From: Callorhinchus milii
Lineage: Eukaryota
Reading direction: 5' to 3'
Assembly: GCF_018977255.1 (NCBI RefSeq)
Contig: NW_024704742.1
Coordinates: forward strand, 83,826,001 to 83,890,000
Length of the DNA stretch: 64,000 nt
A model generated the notes under the pieces. The model worked only from the letters and a program-made list of their open reading frames with translations. It was not told where the DNA came from and did no database searches. Shown one piece after another: positions 24,383 to 36,812 of this stretch. The number at the start of each line of letters is the position of its first letter. Positions within the stretch are counted from its first letter, which is position 1. Position numbers and translations under genes: made by a program.

Positions 24383-25790
24383 ACAACAATAACTTGGATT
24401 TATATACAACATTTATATAGTGCCCCTCATGCAGGGCAGCATCCCAGAGGGTTTGACAGTGGAGCAGGCACAGTCTAAGAGGAAGGTCTTCAGGTGCAAC
24501 GTGAAGATGGGGAAGGAAAGGGCAAGGCAGAGGGATAGAGGAGTGTTCTAGAGTATCAGGGCATAGTGGCTGATAGAGCGGCTATAGGTGGTGGAACATC
24601 GGGCACAAGGGACATGCAGGAGGCCGGTGCCAGTCAAGCGGAGGCAGCAGATAGTGGGTTGGGGAGTAAGTAGGTCAGAGAGATAGGGAAGTGCCAGGGC
24701 ATGAAGGAATTTGAAGACTAGTATGAGGATCTTGAAATTGCATGATGATGGGTTGCTACATGTGTCAGACACCTGGCTGACCAAATTAATTCTGTCCACC
24801 TGATTGTCAGACATCAAGGGCTGGAGGAGCACTAACTTTGTTCAGCTGAATATAACAACAACAAAATTACATTTGTAAAGAGCCTTTCATGTCAGGAGGA
24901 TGTCCCAAAGCTCTGAACAGTCGGGAATCAGGACCCAAGTGTAGGGAGGGCAGGGTTGGGGTGAGGGAGGGTAGAGAGGTATGAGGGCGGCTGAAGGCAC
25001 GGTTGAAAAGGAGGGTCTTGAGTCGTGCCTTGAAGGAGGCAAGAAAGGGAGATTGGGGGATGGAGTTCCAAAGGGTGGGGGTAAAGAGGCTGAAAGCCTG
25101 GCCGTCGATGGTAGGATGAATATGGATAAGACTGAAGTCCATCTTTCTTGGCTCCAGTCAATATCTTCTCACCTGTGGCTCCAACCTCTTAATTATCCCG
25201 GCTTATCCATCAGACTCACAACATAGGCATTTGGTTTGATCCCCAGATGTCATTCCTATCGCACATACAATCCCTGACCAGGACCACTTACTTCAACCTC
25301 TGTCACATCGCCCACATTTGGCCATACCTCACACCATCCACTCTTTCGTTATCTCCTCCCTCGATTTCTCCAATGCACTCTTCTCCAGTTCCATCATTCA
25401 CAAAGTCCAATTGATTCAAAACTTCACTGCCCATGTCCTCACCCAGACCAAACTCTTCATCCCCATCACTCCAGTAATTGCCAGGCTCCCTGTTGCAGAA
25501 CAGATTGGTTTCAAGATTCCCACTCTCACCTACAAATCACTTCATGCCCCAGCACCATACTACTTCCCCAACCTACTCACACCCTAGTCCTTCATCCGAC
25601 CCCTTTGCTTGGCCAGCTCAGGGCTTCTGTGTGTCCCTTGACCCCTCTGCTGTGCCTTAGGCCACAATGTCCCAAACCTTTGTAAGTCCTTGCTTTAATC
25701 CCCACAATTTGCCCCCTCTTTTCCTGTTTTCAGATTGCATCTGAAGACTTCTTCAATCGTGCCTACAACCACTTCCTTTCTTCCCAGCTC
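24383..25790. mobile_element. Cluster of old and nested L2 fragments (minus 24383-24740 and 24854-25130; plus 24760-24852 continuing to 25130-25790)
   Basis: FKILILVFK, LSDIKGWR, QLN, KTEVH, HSFVISSLDFSNAL and IQNFTAHVLT remnants. The minus-strand 3' end at 24854-25130 interrupts a plus-strand copy. Confidence 0.75.
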
Positions 25791-25799
25791 AGTGTCCCA

Positions 25800-27830
25800 G
25801 GTGGCCTAACGGTCCACCGACAAATCTGGTTGGACCTCCTCAAAATCTACCGCTCCACTCTAGCCTCGGCCAAGTCGTCCTTCTACTCCAGGATAATCCT
25901 GGAGGCGAAGAACAACCCCAGGCTTCTGTTTTCTACCACATCCCGACTCCTCCGTCCCCCCGCCACCCCGCGCAGGTCATCTCCTCCAACCTTCACTGCG
26001 AGGAGATGCTGGATTTCCTTGAATCCAAAATCAAGGGAATCCGCTCTGCGGTCACTCCCCTCCAACTTCCACCCCCCACCCCTCCTCCCACACTCCGACT
26101 CCTACCCATCCTCCCCTACACCTTCGTACCCGTTTCCCCACCCTCTGTCACCAAACTCATCCTGTCCCTGAAACCCACCACCTGCTCCCTTGACCCCATC
26201 CCCACTCCACTCCTTATCTCCAGCTCCACCTCCTTGCCCCACATATCACAGACATCATCAACCTGTCCCTCTCCTCTGGCTCTGTTCCCATTCCCTAAAA
26301 ACTGCCATCACCACTCCCACTTGAAAAAACCCTCCCTTGTTGCGTCGCAGCTATCAAACTAACGGCCCATTTCCAACCTCCCCTTTCTGTCCAAGGTCCT
26401 GGAAGAGTTGTCGCCTCCCAGCTGCGCTCTTTCCTCTCCACCCATTCATTATTCGAACCCCTTCAGTCGGGTTTCCGTGCTGCCCATAGCACAGAACCAC
26501 CCTGGTCAAGGTCACCAATGACATCCTGACCATCTGTGACCAGGGCTCCCTCTGCCTCCTCGTCCTCCTCGACCTATCGGCAGCATTCGATACGGTCGAC
26601 CACGCTATCCTCCTCCACCGCTTGTCCTCCCACCTCAACCTTCAAGGCCCTGTCCTTGAGTGGTTTAGGTCGTACCTCTCCCACCGTCTTCATTTTGTTT
26701 CCACAAACGGTTTTTCCTCCACCCCCGCACTGTCTCGTGCGGTGTCCCTCAGGGCTCTGTCCTCGGTCCCCTCCTCTTCACCCTCTATATGCTCCCCCTT
26801 GGTGACATCATCCGCAGACATGGGGTTAACTTCCACATGTATGCGGATGACACCCAACTCTACCTTTCCTCCTCTACCCTCAACTCCACGACCACCGATG
26901 TCCTGACAGCTGCCTGTCCGACATCGAGTCCTGGACGAGAGACAACTTTCTTCAGCTCAACGTGCGAAAACTGAGGCCCTCCTGATTGGCTCACGTCAGC
27001 GCCTCCGCACCTCAGGCGCTGACAGCATCAGCATCCAAGGCTGCACTCTCCACCTCTCAAAGCCAGTCAGGAACCTCGGGTTTCTGTTCGACCCTGAGCT
27101 GTCCTTTCTCCCTCACATCCGCCACAACTGGCACCGCCTTCCATCACCTCCGGAATATCGCCAGACTACGGCACTACCTCACCCCTCACGCTGCTGAAAC
27201 CTGGTCCACGCCTTTATCACCTCAAGGCTGGACTATGGGAACTCTCTCCTCGCCGGCCTTCCCGGCACCTCCCTCCACAAGCTGCAGGTCATTCAGAACT
27301 CTGCAGCTCGTGTACTGTCCCGCACCAGGCTTCGGGACCACATCACTCCCACCCTCGCTCGCCTCCACTGGCTCCCCATCCCCCAGAGGATCGAATTCAA
27401 GATCCTCATCCTCACCTACAAGGCCATTCACGGCCTTGCTCCCTCCTACCTCTCCGACCTACTATCCCCTACCTACCTGCCCGTACCCTCCGTTCCTCTG
27501 GCTCCGGTCTGCTCCACATCCCCCGCCCCAACCGCCCTACCATCGGTGGCCGGGCCTTCAGCCTCTCAGCCCCAGGCTCTGGAACTCCATCCCCCAGTGC
27601 CTTCGCCGCCTCCTCCCTTTCCTCCTTCAAGGCCGGTCTCAAGACCTTTCTCTTTGACCGTGCCTTCAGCTCCCCTCTCGACTCTCTACCCCCTCCTCGC
27701 TCCCTCCCTTCTTCCCCTCACCCTGACCATTTCCCCCTTGCTCGGGTCCTGACCCAACTGTCCAGCGCTTTGGGATGTCCTCCCGACGTGAAAGGCGCTC
27801 TATAAATGGAATCTTGTTGTTGTTGTTGTT
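25800..27830 (+). mobile_element. Young L2 LINE, longest copy in the window (ORF2 middle to 3' end, frameshifted)
   Basis: AKSSFYSRIILEAKNNPRLLFS, TTCSLDPIPT, RPISNLPFLSK, LLVLLDLSAAFDTVDH and YADDTQLY; (ttg)n tail; very similar to 3377-4588. Confidence 0.95.
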
Positions 27831-27977
27831 TTTGAGCTTGAGTCTCTTTCTGGGTATACCAGGGCCCATGTTGTCCGCTTTGATTGTTTCACAGACCCGT
27901 GTAAATTACTTTTCTTGTATCAGGTCCCAGGTCTTCCTTCCTGGTTGTCTTCTGAGATCTGCCTTTGAAGCCCTTTG

Positions 27978-28368
27978 TGTTGATTTCAAGATCCTCACCC
28001 TTGTATTCAAGTCTCTGCACTCCTCTGCACCTCCCTGCCTCTCTGACCTCTTCTCTCCTCAAAACAGTACCCGTTGCCTTCGTTCCTCCGGGTCTGACCT
28101 CCTTCTCGTCCCCTGAGTCCTCCGCTCCACCCTCGGCAGCCGTGCCTTCAGCCACTATGCCCCGTGGCTCTGGAACTCCCTTCCTCACTCCCTTCTCCTC
28201 GTTCCCTCCCTTCCTATTTTCACGTCTCTACTGAAGACCTTTCTTTTCGACCGCGCCTTTGGTCACCTTCCCCCCCCTCCCCCTGGCTCAGTCCCGGTAT
28301 CCGTTACTGTGAAGTGCTCTGAGACGCCGTCTGGCGTGGAGGGCGCTATATAACTCCAAGTTGTTGTT
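27978..28368 (+). mobile_element. L2 3' fragment, second subfamily
   Basis: DFKILTLVFKSLH and LRSSGSDLLLVP; similar to the reverse complement of 57021-57400. Confidence 0.85.
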
Positions 28369-28689
28369 GCTCTCCTTGGGTGTATCAGAACCTGGTTCAA
28401 GGCCTGGGTCTCTCTTTACCAGTCTTGAATCCCTGGTCAGTCTCTCTGAATGTTTTAGAGCTCAGGTGGGTCACTTCTGGTGCATTCAGGGCCTGGGTTG
28501 CTGTCTCAAGCTCCCTGAACTTTCCCTCCATGTGTCTCAGGCCCCTGGTCTCTCATTTTCCAGGTATCTCAAGGCATCAATCTCTTATTAATGGTGTATT
28601 GGGCTCCCAGGCTCTCACTCTTGATGTCTTGGGTTCAAGGTCTCTTGTTCTAGGTATCTCAGGCTCGAGATCAATATTTTAGGAAGTAT

Positions 28690-28935
28690 CACAATCGTAC
28701 AACAAGAGGAGATGGGCTTAGAGTTGTCAAGAGTAATTTCAGGACAGATACCAGGAACGTTTTCTTTACACAGAGGGGAATCAACACTAGAACAGATTGC
28801 CAGGAAAGGTGATAGAAGCCAGTACACTAAACCTCATTTAAAATCAGCTTGATGTAGTGATGTGGGATGGGTGTTTTGCAGGTGGTGAGATCAGATGGGC
28901 CAAAGGGTCTTCATCCAGACTAGTTGTGTATTGGA
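28690..28935 (+). mobile_element. Old CR1 3' fragment
   Basis: caggaacgttttctttacacagagg; ttgccaggaaaggtgatagaagcc; tttaaaatcagcttgatg; gatgggccaaagggtct. Confidence 0.7.
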
Positions 28936-29712
28936 TCCTGGGTCTATCTCTCCAGAATTGGAGCCTGAGTTACTCTCTTTGGATGTCTTGGGCCTGGGTC
29001 TCTCAGGGGCCCAGGTTTGTCTCTTCGGGTCTTTTAGAGCCATTTTCACTCTCTTCATATGTCTCAGGCGCCGGGCTGGCTCTCAAGAGGTCTCAGACCC
29101 AGATCTGCAATGTCAGTGCAGAGGATCCGAGGTGCCAGTAAGGGAGTTAACCTTGTTTACAACATCCCTCAATTAAAAAAAACAGAAAGCACAGAAGTAG
29201 AAATACTTCTATTCACTAAAAGATCTTTTTAGACGAATTGTCCAATTGTTTTTCCCAACACATAAAAGTGCACTTTACTGGTTTGCTTTCCATTTTTGTT
29301 TAACTTTCTGTTTCTCAGAGAGATCTTGTTTGCCAGCAGATGGAGCTATTTAGGGGGAAATTGCACTGAATTTGAAATTAGGAAATCGTTAAAATAAACA
29401 AAGGCGTTGGAACCTCAGCTCTCATCTCAAATAAGGTGTGGTTTTATATCAGAATGAAACCCTTAGAATTAAACTATTACCTGAAAGATACACAGTATTT
29501 GCTGGATAATTTGCAGAAAATTGTAAGTCGATGGATACGTGGAAGATATGGTCAAACTTCTGGTCGTTAACATTGTGTTAACTGAGGCTTATTTAAAATG
29601 CTATATATTGAACTGTCTGTTTGAGTGGACTGACCAGGAATGTATCAAATATAAACCAGACTTGAGAAGTCTTTGGTGTCTGATTTATATTTGATACATT
29701 CAGAATAAAAAC

Positions 29713-30100
29713 TTGTGAAGCGCTTTGAGACATCTTGAGGATGTGATAAGGTGCTCATCAAATGCAAGGATCATTATTATTGCTATTGTTAATGATTCAT
29801 TTGTCCAATTCTCTGTCTTAATTCCCCTATAATCCCTCAAAAAAAATTGGTCACTTCAATCCATGACTGTTTGTGGGACACTGCTGTGCGCAATTGGCTG
29901 CCGCATTTCGCCCACAAATATACAGTCAATTCACTTTACAGTCTATTCTGTGAAGCGCTTTGAAACATCTAGAAGACGTGAACAGCGCTATATCAAATGC
30001 AAGGATTATTATTATAAAATACACATTTACTACATTTTACAATCAATCTAATTTAGCGCTTTGAGATATCCTCCTGATGTGAAAGGCGCTATATCAAATG
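29713..30100 (+). mobile_element. Cluster of SINE 3' fragments
   Basis: Three copies of the agcgctttga...tcaaatg tail; SINE body at 29828-30016. Confidence 0.8.
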
Positions 30101-30369
30101 TTGAGCAAAACATATTTATGATGTGGATCTGTTAACAATTGAGGTTTTCAATTAATTTTAATTACCCACATGGGAAACCTCAGAAACTGTACGTTCCCCT
30201 GTCCTCTCCTTTCTTTGTGTCTGCCTACAGACTTGGCAAAAGGTGATATCACTGTGGTTGCTGCAGGATGATGCTTCATTTATGGTTCAGTAGAGGCAAA
30301 GGGAGTCTAGATTTATCAATACATAAAAGTGAAAAGAAAACGAGAATAGAAAGAACAGTTTTATGGAAA

Positions 30370-30600
30370 CACCATTGCCTCCAAGTTCCCCTCCAAGTCA
30401 TTGACCATTCTGGCATAAACCTCCATTCCTTCATCATTCCTGGGCCCAAATCTTGGAACTCCCTAGCCAACAGGGTTGTGGGAGCCCCATTGCCAACTGA
30501 TGTTATTTGGCAAGTGCAGCTGTTTAAAGAGAAGTATCCACCACCTCCTGTATGCAACCAGGGATGGGTAATAAATGCTGGTAACTCCAGTGTCAACCAC
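30370..30600 (+). mobile_element. Old non-LTR retrotransposon 3' fragment
   Basis: SFIIPGPKSWNSLAN and gcaaccagggatgggtaataaatgctgg, resembling CR1-clade 3' ends. Confidence 0.6.
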
Positions 30601-30879
30601 ACCCCACAAAGAATAAAACACACAGACGCCCATTGCACACTGACATACTACAAGTGAATACCTACCTGGTCGCTTTAAATCAATAGTCCAATCACAAGCT
30701 AAAAGAGCACCAAGGCTGTGTTCATGGTTCTTTCAGCTTTTTTTTACTTTTTAAGGCACTGGCTCTTACTGAGGTATGATTACATGGAAATATTTTGGTA
30801 CTTTGCCAAAGTGGCCCTTCTTTATGGACAAGTTTCTACATTGAATGTTGCAGGCTGTGTGACCTCAGCTTTCATTTCT

Positions 30880-31490
30880 ACTCCACATCCGTTCCCTGAG
30901 CAGGACCGCTTTTTTGCAACTCCGTCACATTGACTGCCTCCATCCGTACCTCACAACTAAAGTAGCTGAAACCCTCCTTTGTCACTTCCCGGCTGGACTA
31001 TTCCAATGCCCTCTTCGCTGGTCTCCCCAGCTCCACCATACACAAAATTCAACTGATTCAAAACTCTGCTGCCGGGATATTCACCTGTACAAAACTCTGT
31101 ACCCCGTCACACCAGTCCTTGCCAGGCTCCACTGGCTCCCAATTACCGAACGGATCGACTTCAAGATCCTCTCACTTGTTTTCAAATCCCTTCATACCCT
31201 TGCACCACCCTACCTATCCTGTTTGTCCCTCGTTCCCTCTGCTCCGCCATCGGGGGCGTGCCTTCAGCCATTACGCCCCAAAACTCTGGAACTCTCTCCC
31301 TCAATCCCTCCACTTTGACCCCTCCCTCCCCAACTTCAAATCCCACTTAAAGACCTTCCTCTTTGATCGTGCTTACGGTCACCTCCCCTCTCCCTTTCCC
31401 CCTGGCTCAGGGTCAGACTCCGCCACTGTCAAGCACTCTAGGACGCTACTCCGTGTGAAGTGCGCTATATGAATGCAAGTTGTTGTTGTT
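30880..31490 (+). mobile_element. L2 3' fragment
   Basis: [27 protein letters not shown] and [14 protein letters not shown]; (gtt)n tail. Confidence 0.88.
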
Positions 31491-31509
31491 GAAGTTTCCT
31501 CATTGAATG

Positions 31510-31670
31510 TTGCAGGCTGTGTGACCACTGGAGGCATCGTAATCGAACCACCATCGTGTCTACCCGCAATGTCCACGCAAAGCTTTTCCAGCAGGGGTCA
31601 CTGGATACTGATCGGGAGCGGGATATGCTGGCTTACTGATTGATATCTCAGCCTCAACTCTGCTGTGAGT
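31510..31670 (-). mobile_element. Ancient SINE (LmeSINE1c-like) fragment
   Basis: tttccagcaggggtcactggatactgatcgggagcggga. Confidence 0.55.
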
Positions 31671-32474
31671 AGTACAGTAACAATACATTGCATTTATATA
31701 ATGTTATTTATTTTAAAACAGAATTCTTGCATCAATATAGTACTACCTTAAAACAGCTGAGTACTTTATACAATGCTTTATAAGTTAAAGTTTAGTGGCT
31801 ATTAACTAGATAATTGTAGCAGCTATTATGCATTGGCAACATCCCAGACACATCAATGAGATGAATGACCAAATTTAATGTTTAAAGATTTAGATGAGGA
31901 ACAAATATAAGCAAGAACCTTTAAAATAATGCTCTGGGATCTTTCAAATCTACGTCTTTAACATTAACAGACAGTTGAGACCAGAGCTTAATGTGTCATC
32001 CAATGACATCTCCCAACCTTCAGTACCTCACTGGCTTGTTAATTTATGAGCTCGAAGCCAAGTCCAAGGAAATTGTGAAATTCTAACCGAAAGAGGAGGC
32101 TGCTGAATAAGCTGGACTGGCATCTCAGAACCATCTCAAAACAAGGCAACTGTTTGTTTTGCTTAAATAAAGAAATACAATTTGTATAGCACCTTAACAC
32201 CTCAAAATGCCTCAGAAATAGGTCACAGTGAAGTGAGGAAATCTTAGAGATATCATTGTCATTGCAACTTCAGCCACTCTCCCATAATAAGGTGTAGCTT
32301 TGTATCAGAATGAGAACCTCTGAAAGTCGAACTATTATACATAAGATCCATAGTATTACTTGGATAACTGGGTAGACGTGAAACGTCTCAGGTTTCACTA
32401 TGAAGTGCTGTGACTGTTTTGCAGGCATATATGGCGGCTATGTTACACCAGCAAGATCCCACAACAAGCCAGAA

Positions 32475-35400
32475 ATTGAGTGGCCAATTAATCTGAGGAA
32501 TATTGGGCAGGAAATAAATGGAATCTGGTAAGTGGATGGAAGTCCAGAGTTGGTTAAAAATACATAAGCATTACATTACAGAAAGTTACTCAATACGAGC
32601 CTTCCTGTCTTAAGCAGACTTACTATTGCACTGATGGCAAAGGTTTGTGATAGTTTCTTCTTCCAGACAGAATCTCCTATTGTGTTTTTATTGTTTGTGG
32701 AGAATGAGACACTTCAAATTTTCGACCGACAGAATTTTTTTTCGGGTGACTGGCACATGTGGAAACCCATCACGATACTTAAAGAGTATCCAAACCAGAC
32801 TGAGAGTTCCACATATGTTTTCACTATGCATAGAAATTTCCCTGTGTCTGGAATGCACACTCTCTGCCCAGAGGGATGTAACCTGCTAGCCTAATCTGGA
32901 GTGTATTAAGGTATAGGTTGGCAAGAGCTAAGGCTTGGCACTTCAGAGTGTGCATTGAGGTACTGTTGGAGTTTAACCAGCTAAAACCACATTGCTTGCT
33001 ATTGAGAACACTGCCTGGCCAGTTTCCTGCTACTTGTCCTGTTCGGACCAGCCTATCTGTTACGCTTTGATTGCATTGGTAAACAGGAGCAATAGAGATT
33101 CCACCATTCTATTACCAAGCATGTCACCTCAGAGCAAACTGAGCCCCAAGGTGACCCCTCATAACCTCGTGGGCGAAATGTGGCAGTCATTTGCGCATAA
33201 ACAGTCATGGATTGAGGGATTATATTTTTTGAGGAACACAGGTTCCATTGCTCCTTTGCAAACTCTTGATAAGCATCACCATTCAGCATGAAATGTGTTT
33301 GTCACTGTCCTCCTGCCCTCAACTCAGACACAAGACCCTACTTATTGAGTGAAAGTTCCACTGTTAAAAGTCTGGAGCTTCTGCAGCTACCTACCTTTCT
33401 GCATACCAATCAATGTAGAATTAATAAAATACGATACCCAGTTGCCCAGGAGCACATTCTTGCACAGCACAGCAGTTTGGTCTGAGGTGAGCATAAATTA
33501 ATAATATCTGAGTGGCAGAATTTTTGCCCAGTATCAATCACCTTAAAAATATAACCCTTCCATTTGGTATAGTGCCTATAACGTTGAAACATCTCAAAGC
33601 ACTTCACAGGATAATTGCTGGAAAGTGAATTGACTGACTGTATTTGTAGGCCAATCCCTGTTTTTTTTAAATTGAGCAGTAACAGGAGAATAAAAGACAG
33701 TTTTGGTGTACCATTCACTTCATGCTTTAATTATTTTTGATATTGGACAGAGGTGGAAGTGAGCTCTCAGTAGAGCTGAATTTTGAATGGTGTATTTGTA
33801 TAATGCATCAGGTCAGGTTTGAAATTAAATGATGGCAACAGTTGGAAATAATTATTAGATATGGACGTTTTTAGTTCTGAAACTGAAATGAACATTTACA
33901 ACCTTTGCCCCCCACACCACACACACGCACACACCTATCTATGCTCCATTATAGTACTAGAGCTGCAATAGCTTTGAGCAAACGTAGATGCATATAATAA
34001 TAAGTAGAACTGAGACATGCTGAGAATACATCCAGACCATCACTTTAATTTATTTTATGTAGTTACCCGTACTTTAAACCTATACTGTGGACTGTAGCTT
34101 TCTGTCCATTAAATGAAGAAATGTTGAAGGTGTAATGAAAGTAGTTAAGTGCTCCAGGGCACTACCCCACATGAAGGGCGCCTTATAAATGCAAGTTGTT
34201 TTTGTTGTAATCTTTCACATTAGTACCTGGTCACAGTTCTCAGCTTTGGCCTGAGTTTACTGTGAGTCACTCAAGCAACCAAAACAGTAGTATACTCTGA
34301 TAGGATCCCTCTGGGAGCTACCTACACGCCCCCCAACCCCCCCACCACCATTCAACAAGAAATCCTGAATCCTGCCAAGCTTCAAAGGCAGTCTATTAAA
34401 ACCGATGTACGGTGCATGTCAGAAAAATGACAAATCTAAATGCAAGTACTGTATTATGTATCTTGTACTGTGTCATGACTCCAGAAAGAGTGTTGAACTA
34501 AAACAACAAGTAAATCACTTCTGCCTATGTTACTGTTTATGAGGCCCGAAACAAGAGAGAATGTGCATGTGTGTGTGTGTGTGTGAGAGAGAGAGCTTTT
34601 CCAGTATCACCCTTTTAAGGCCCCATCTGCAGGCTTCCTGTTGTTTCAAGAGAATGGAGCGGGAGGCTGCTCCGAGTGATGTTTCTGGGGTGACAGGAGG
34701 TTGGACAAACTCCTTTCTCGCAAGCACTTCTGGTTTTGGCTGTGACTGCATTTGGATAGCCGGAAGCCGGGTACAGCCCTCTATAACTATTCCGCTTGAT
34801 TTCATCCTCGGAAAGATGTCTCACTTCACGCGCCTCTCGTTGGTGGTATTCACTTTGTACTTAACACGAGGGAGGCCAGTTTTGGGTCTGGGGTTTCGTT
34901 GTGCAAGGAAAGCACAAGCTTGCATCATTACAGTGGCAGCCATCTTGGGAGTTGCTCCTCTTTGTCCCACTGCAAGAAAATAGAAAGCACCCGACCCTCT
35001 CCCCCAGTTATCTCAGTCACAGCTGATTCCTCCCCTCCCCAACTCGAAGAAACTCAGTCAGTTTTTTTATTATAAAAGCAAAGATAAATATTTTCCGATT
35101 GTAAAGGCGATGTGACTCTGCAATAAATCATTGTTTTAAGCAGTGGGCAGGTTAACATTGAGATTGGACTGCTGGGTCAGTACTTCACCGCACAAAGAGT
35201 GTCAGGAGCAGAGTCTTGGACCTTTGTTCCGACCTCAGCCCTTTGGGACGTCCTCCTGATGTGAAAGTGGCTTTACAAATGTAATGGGTTGTTGTCGTTC
35301 TTTGTTTCTCTGTGGGTTGCAGTGCTCGAGGGCTCATAACATAATCTCAAAAAGTAAAAGTTTAGGTCCAACGTGCTATATTTTTTTATTTAAATGAACT

Positions 35401-35878
35401 CCAGATCAGCACGGTCCATCACATACGTCCGAAAAATCAGAAGAGAATTCAATGAAAATATTTTAGTTTCTTTGATCTGATTTATGCTTTGCTCCTATGC
35501 ACACATCCCAATTGCCCCTTTTATGGCCTTGGCATCATTTAACATTTTGAAGAGTTAAAATATTTCCGTTAAAATAAAGAGCTTACCACAAGAAATAGCT
35601 ATGATGGGCTTGGCAAGTGTTTTGTTCCCGAATGTAACGCCATACATCCTGGAAGCAGACAAACCACAGCTGCAAATGCTGTTGCCTGTGAAAACGGAAA
35701 ATCAAGCCCAGAAAGAAATGAGAAAGGATAGGACTCAGAGTATGTAAATACAATTCGGTTTTGAGATCACATTGGCCAGTTAGGTTCGTTGTATTTAATT
35801 CTTCATTGTCCTTTGCACTTGTTTCGAAATCATAATATAATCTGGGGAATTGTACAGCTCAGTTGCTGGCTCTGGATG
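32475..35878 (-). repeat. Right arm of the 3.4-kb inverted duplication, ending at the assembly gap
   Basis: Starts attgagtggccaatt (reverse complement of the 23839-23853 end) and ends tctggatg immediately before the N run. Confidence 0.97.
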
Positions 35879-35903
35879 NNNNNNNNNNNNNNNNNNNNNN
35901 NNN
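35879..35903. other. Assembly gap (25 N)
   Basis: Run of N. A separate single N occurs at 9356. Confidence 1.
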
Positions 35904-36477
35904 TCGGCGGTATACATACATGCAGTGTGGTGTGTACATATATACAATGTACGGGTCGTGGTGTTAAACACATATATAGTGATTTATTGTGTGGAGACTG
36001 CATACATATGAATCATGAGATGTGTGTGTTTTTGTGTGTGTGGATGCTTAGGATGATATAAGCACCTGCTGCATGGATTTGCCATATAAGATGTTGCATG
36101 CTAGTTTTTTTTAACACATTTGATTTATTTACACTAAGTATGTAACAAATCTAACCTGGGAGGGATTTCAGAGCTGACGCGGAAACCAGCTTTTGAATTT
36201 AATACAAAGTTGCATCGTTTTGTGGTTTATCAGTTGAGATAATGTCATGAAGTTGTAGTTTTTTTTTAAAAAAGTGCCAGTTGTGGGAGTTTCCTCTTTT
36301 GCTGTTTTGTTTATCAAAGAATATCATTAAGTGGAATATCTAATAAGTAAGTATTTGAGAGTCACAGACTGGAATAATGGTGAAGTTCTCCTGTCTAGTA
36401 CACATTGTGAAGGGTCAATCTTTTTGTATTGAACTGTAGTAATTTGATTATGCCATCTATATACATTTGACCTTGTT

Positions 36478-36812
36478 AGGCTGACACATCACTCCATTTT
36501 AGTGCTGGGGAACCGCTTCATGCCATCCTTCAGATGAATTGTTAAACCGAGGTCTCATCTGCCTGTTCAGGTGGACCTTAAAGATCTCTTGGCACTACTT
36601 GAAAAGAGAAGTGAATATCTCCTGGCGTCCTGGCCATCCTCCATCCAAAATTGGTTAGTTACTTCATAGCTGTTTATGGGATGTTGCTGTGCATAAATTG
36701 GCAGCCACTTTTGCCCTATAAATACAGTCACTGTACTTTATAGTAAAATCCTGTGAATTGCTTTGAGATGTTTTGACAGTTTGATAAGGTGCTATATCAA
36801 ATGCAAGGTTTA
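36478..36812 (+). mobile_element. Deu-domain SINE
   Basis: ggctgacac; tgccatccttcagatgaattgttaaaccgaggtctcatctgcctgttcaggtggacc; L2-like tail. Confidence 0.75.

Noticed and set aside
20454..35878. Giant inverted-repeat transposon or invertible switch interpretation of the arms
   Set aside because: No transposase or recombinase lies in the spacer, the arms contain ordinary old SINE relics, no target-site duplication is testable, and one arm ends at a gap.
1..35878. Exons of expected syntenic neighbours (UHRF2, IL33, RANBP6)
   Set aside because: I found no peptide similarity by eye in the ORF track or in the candidate exons.
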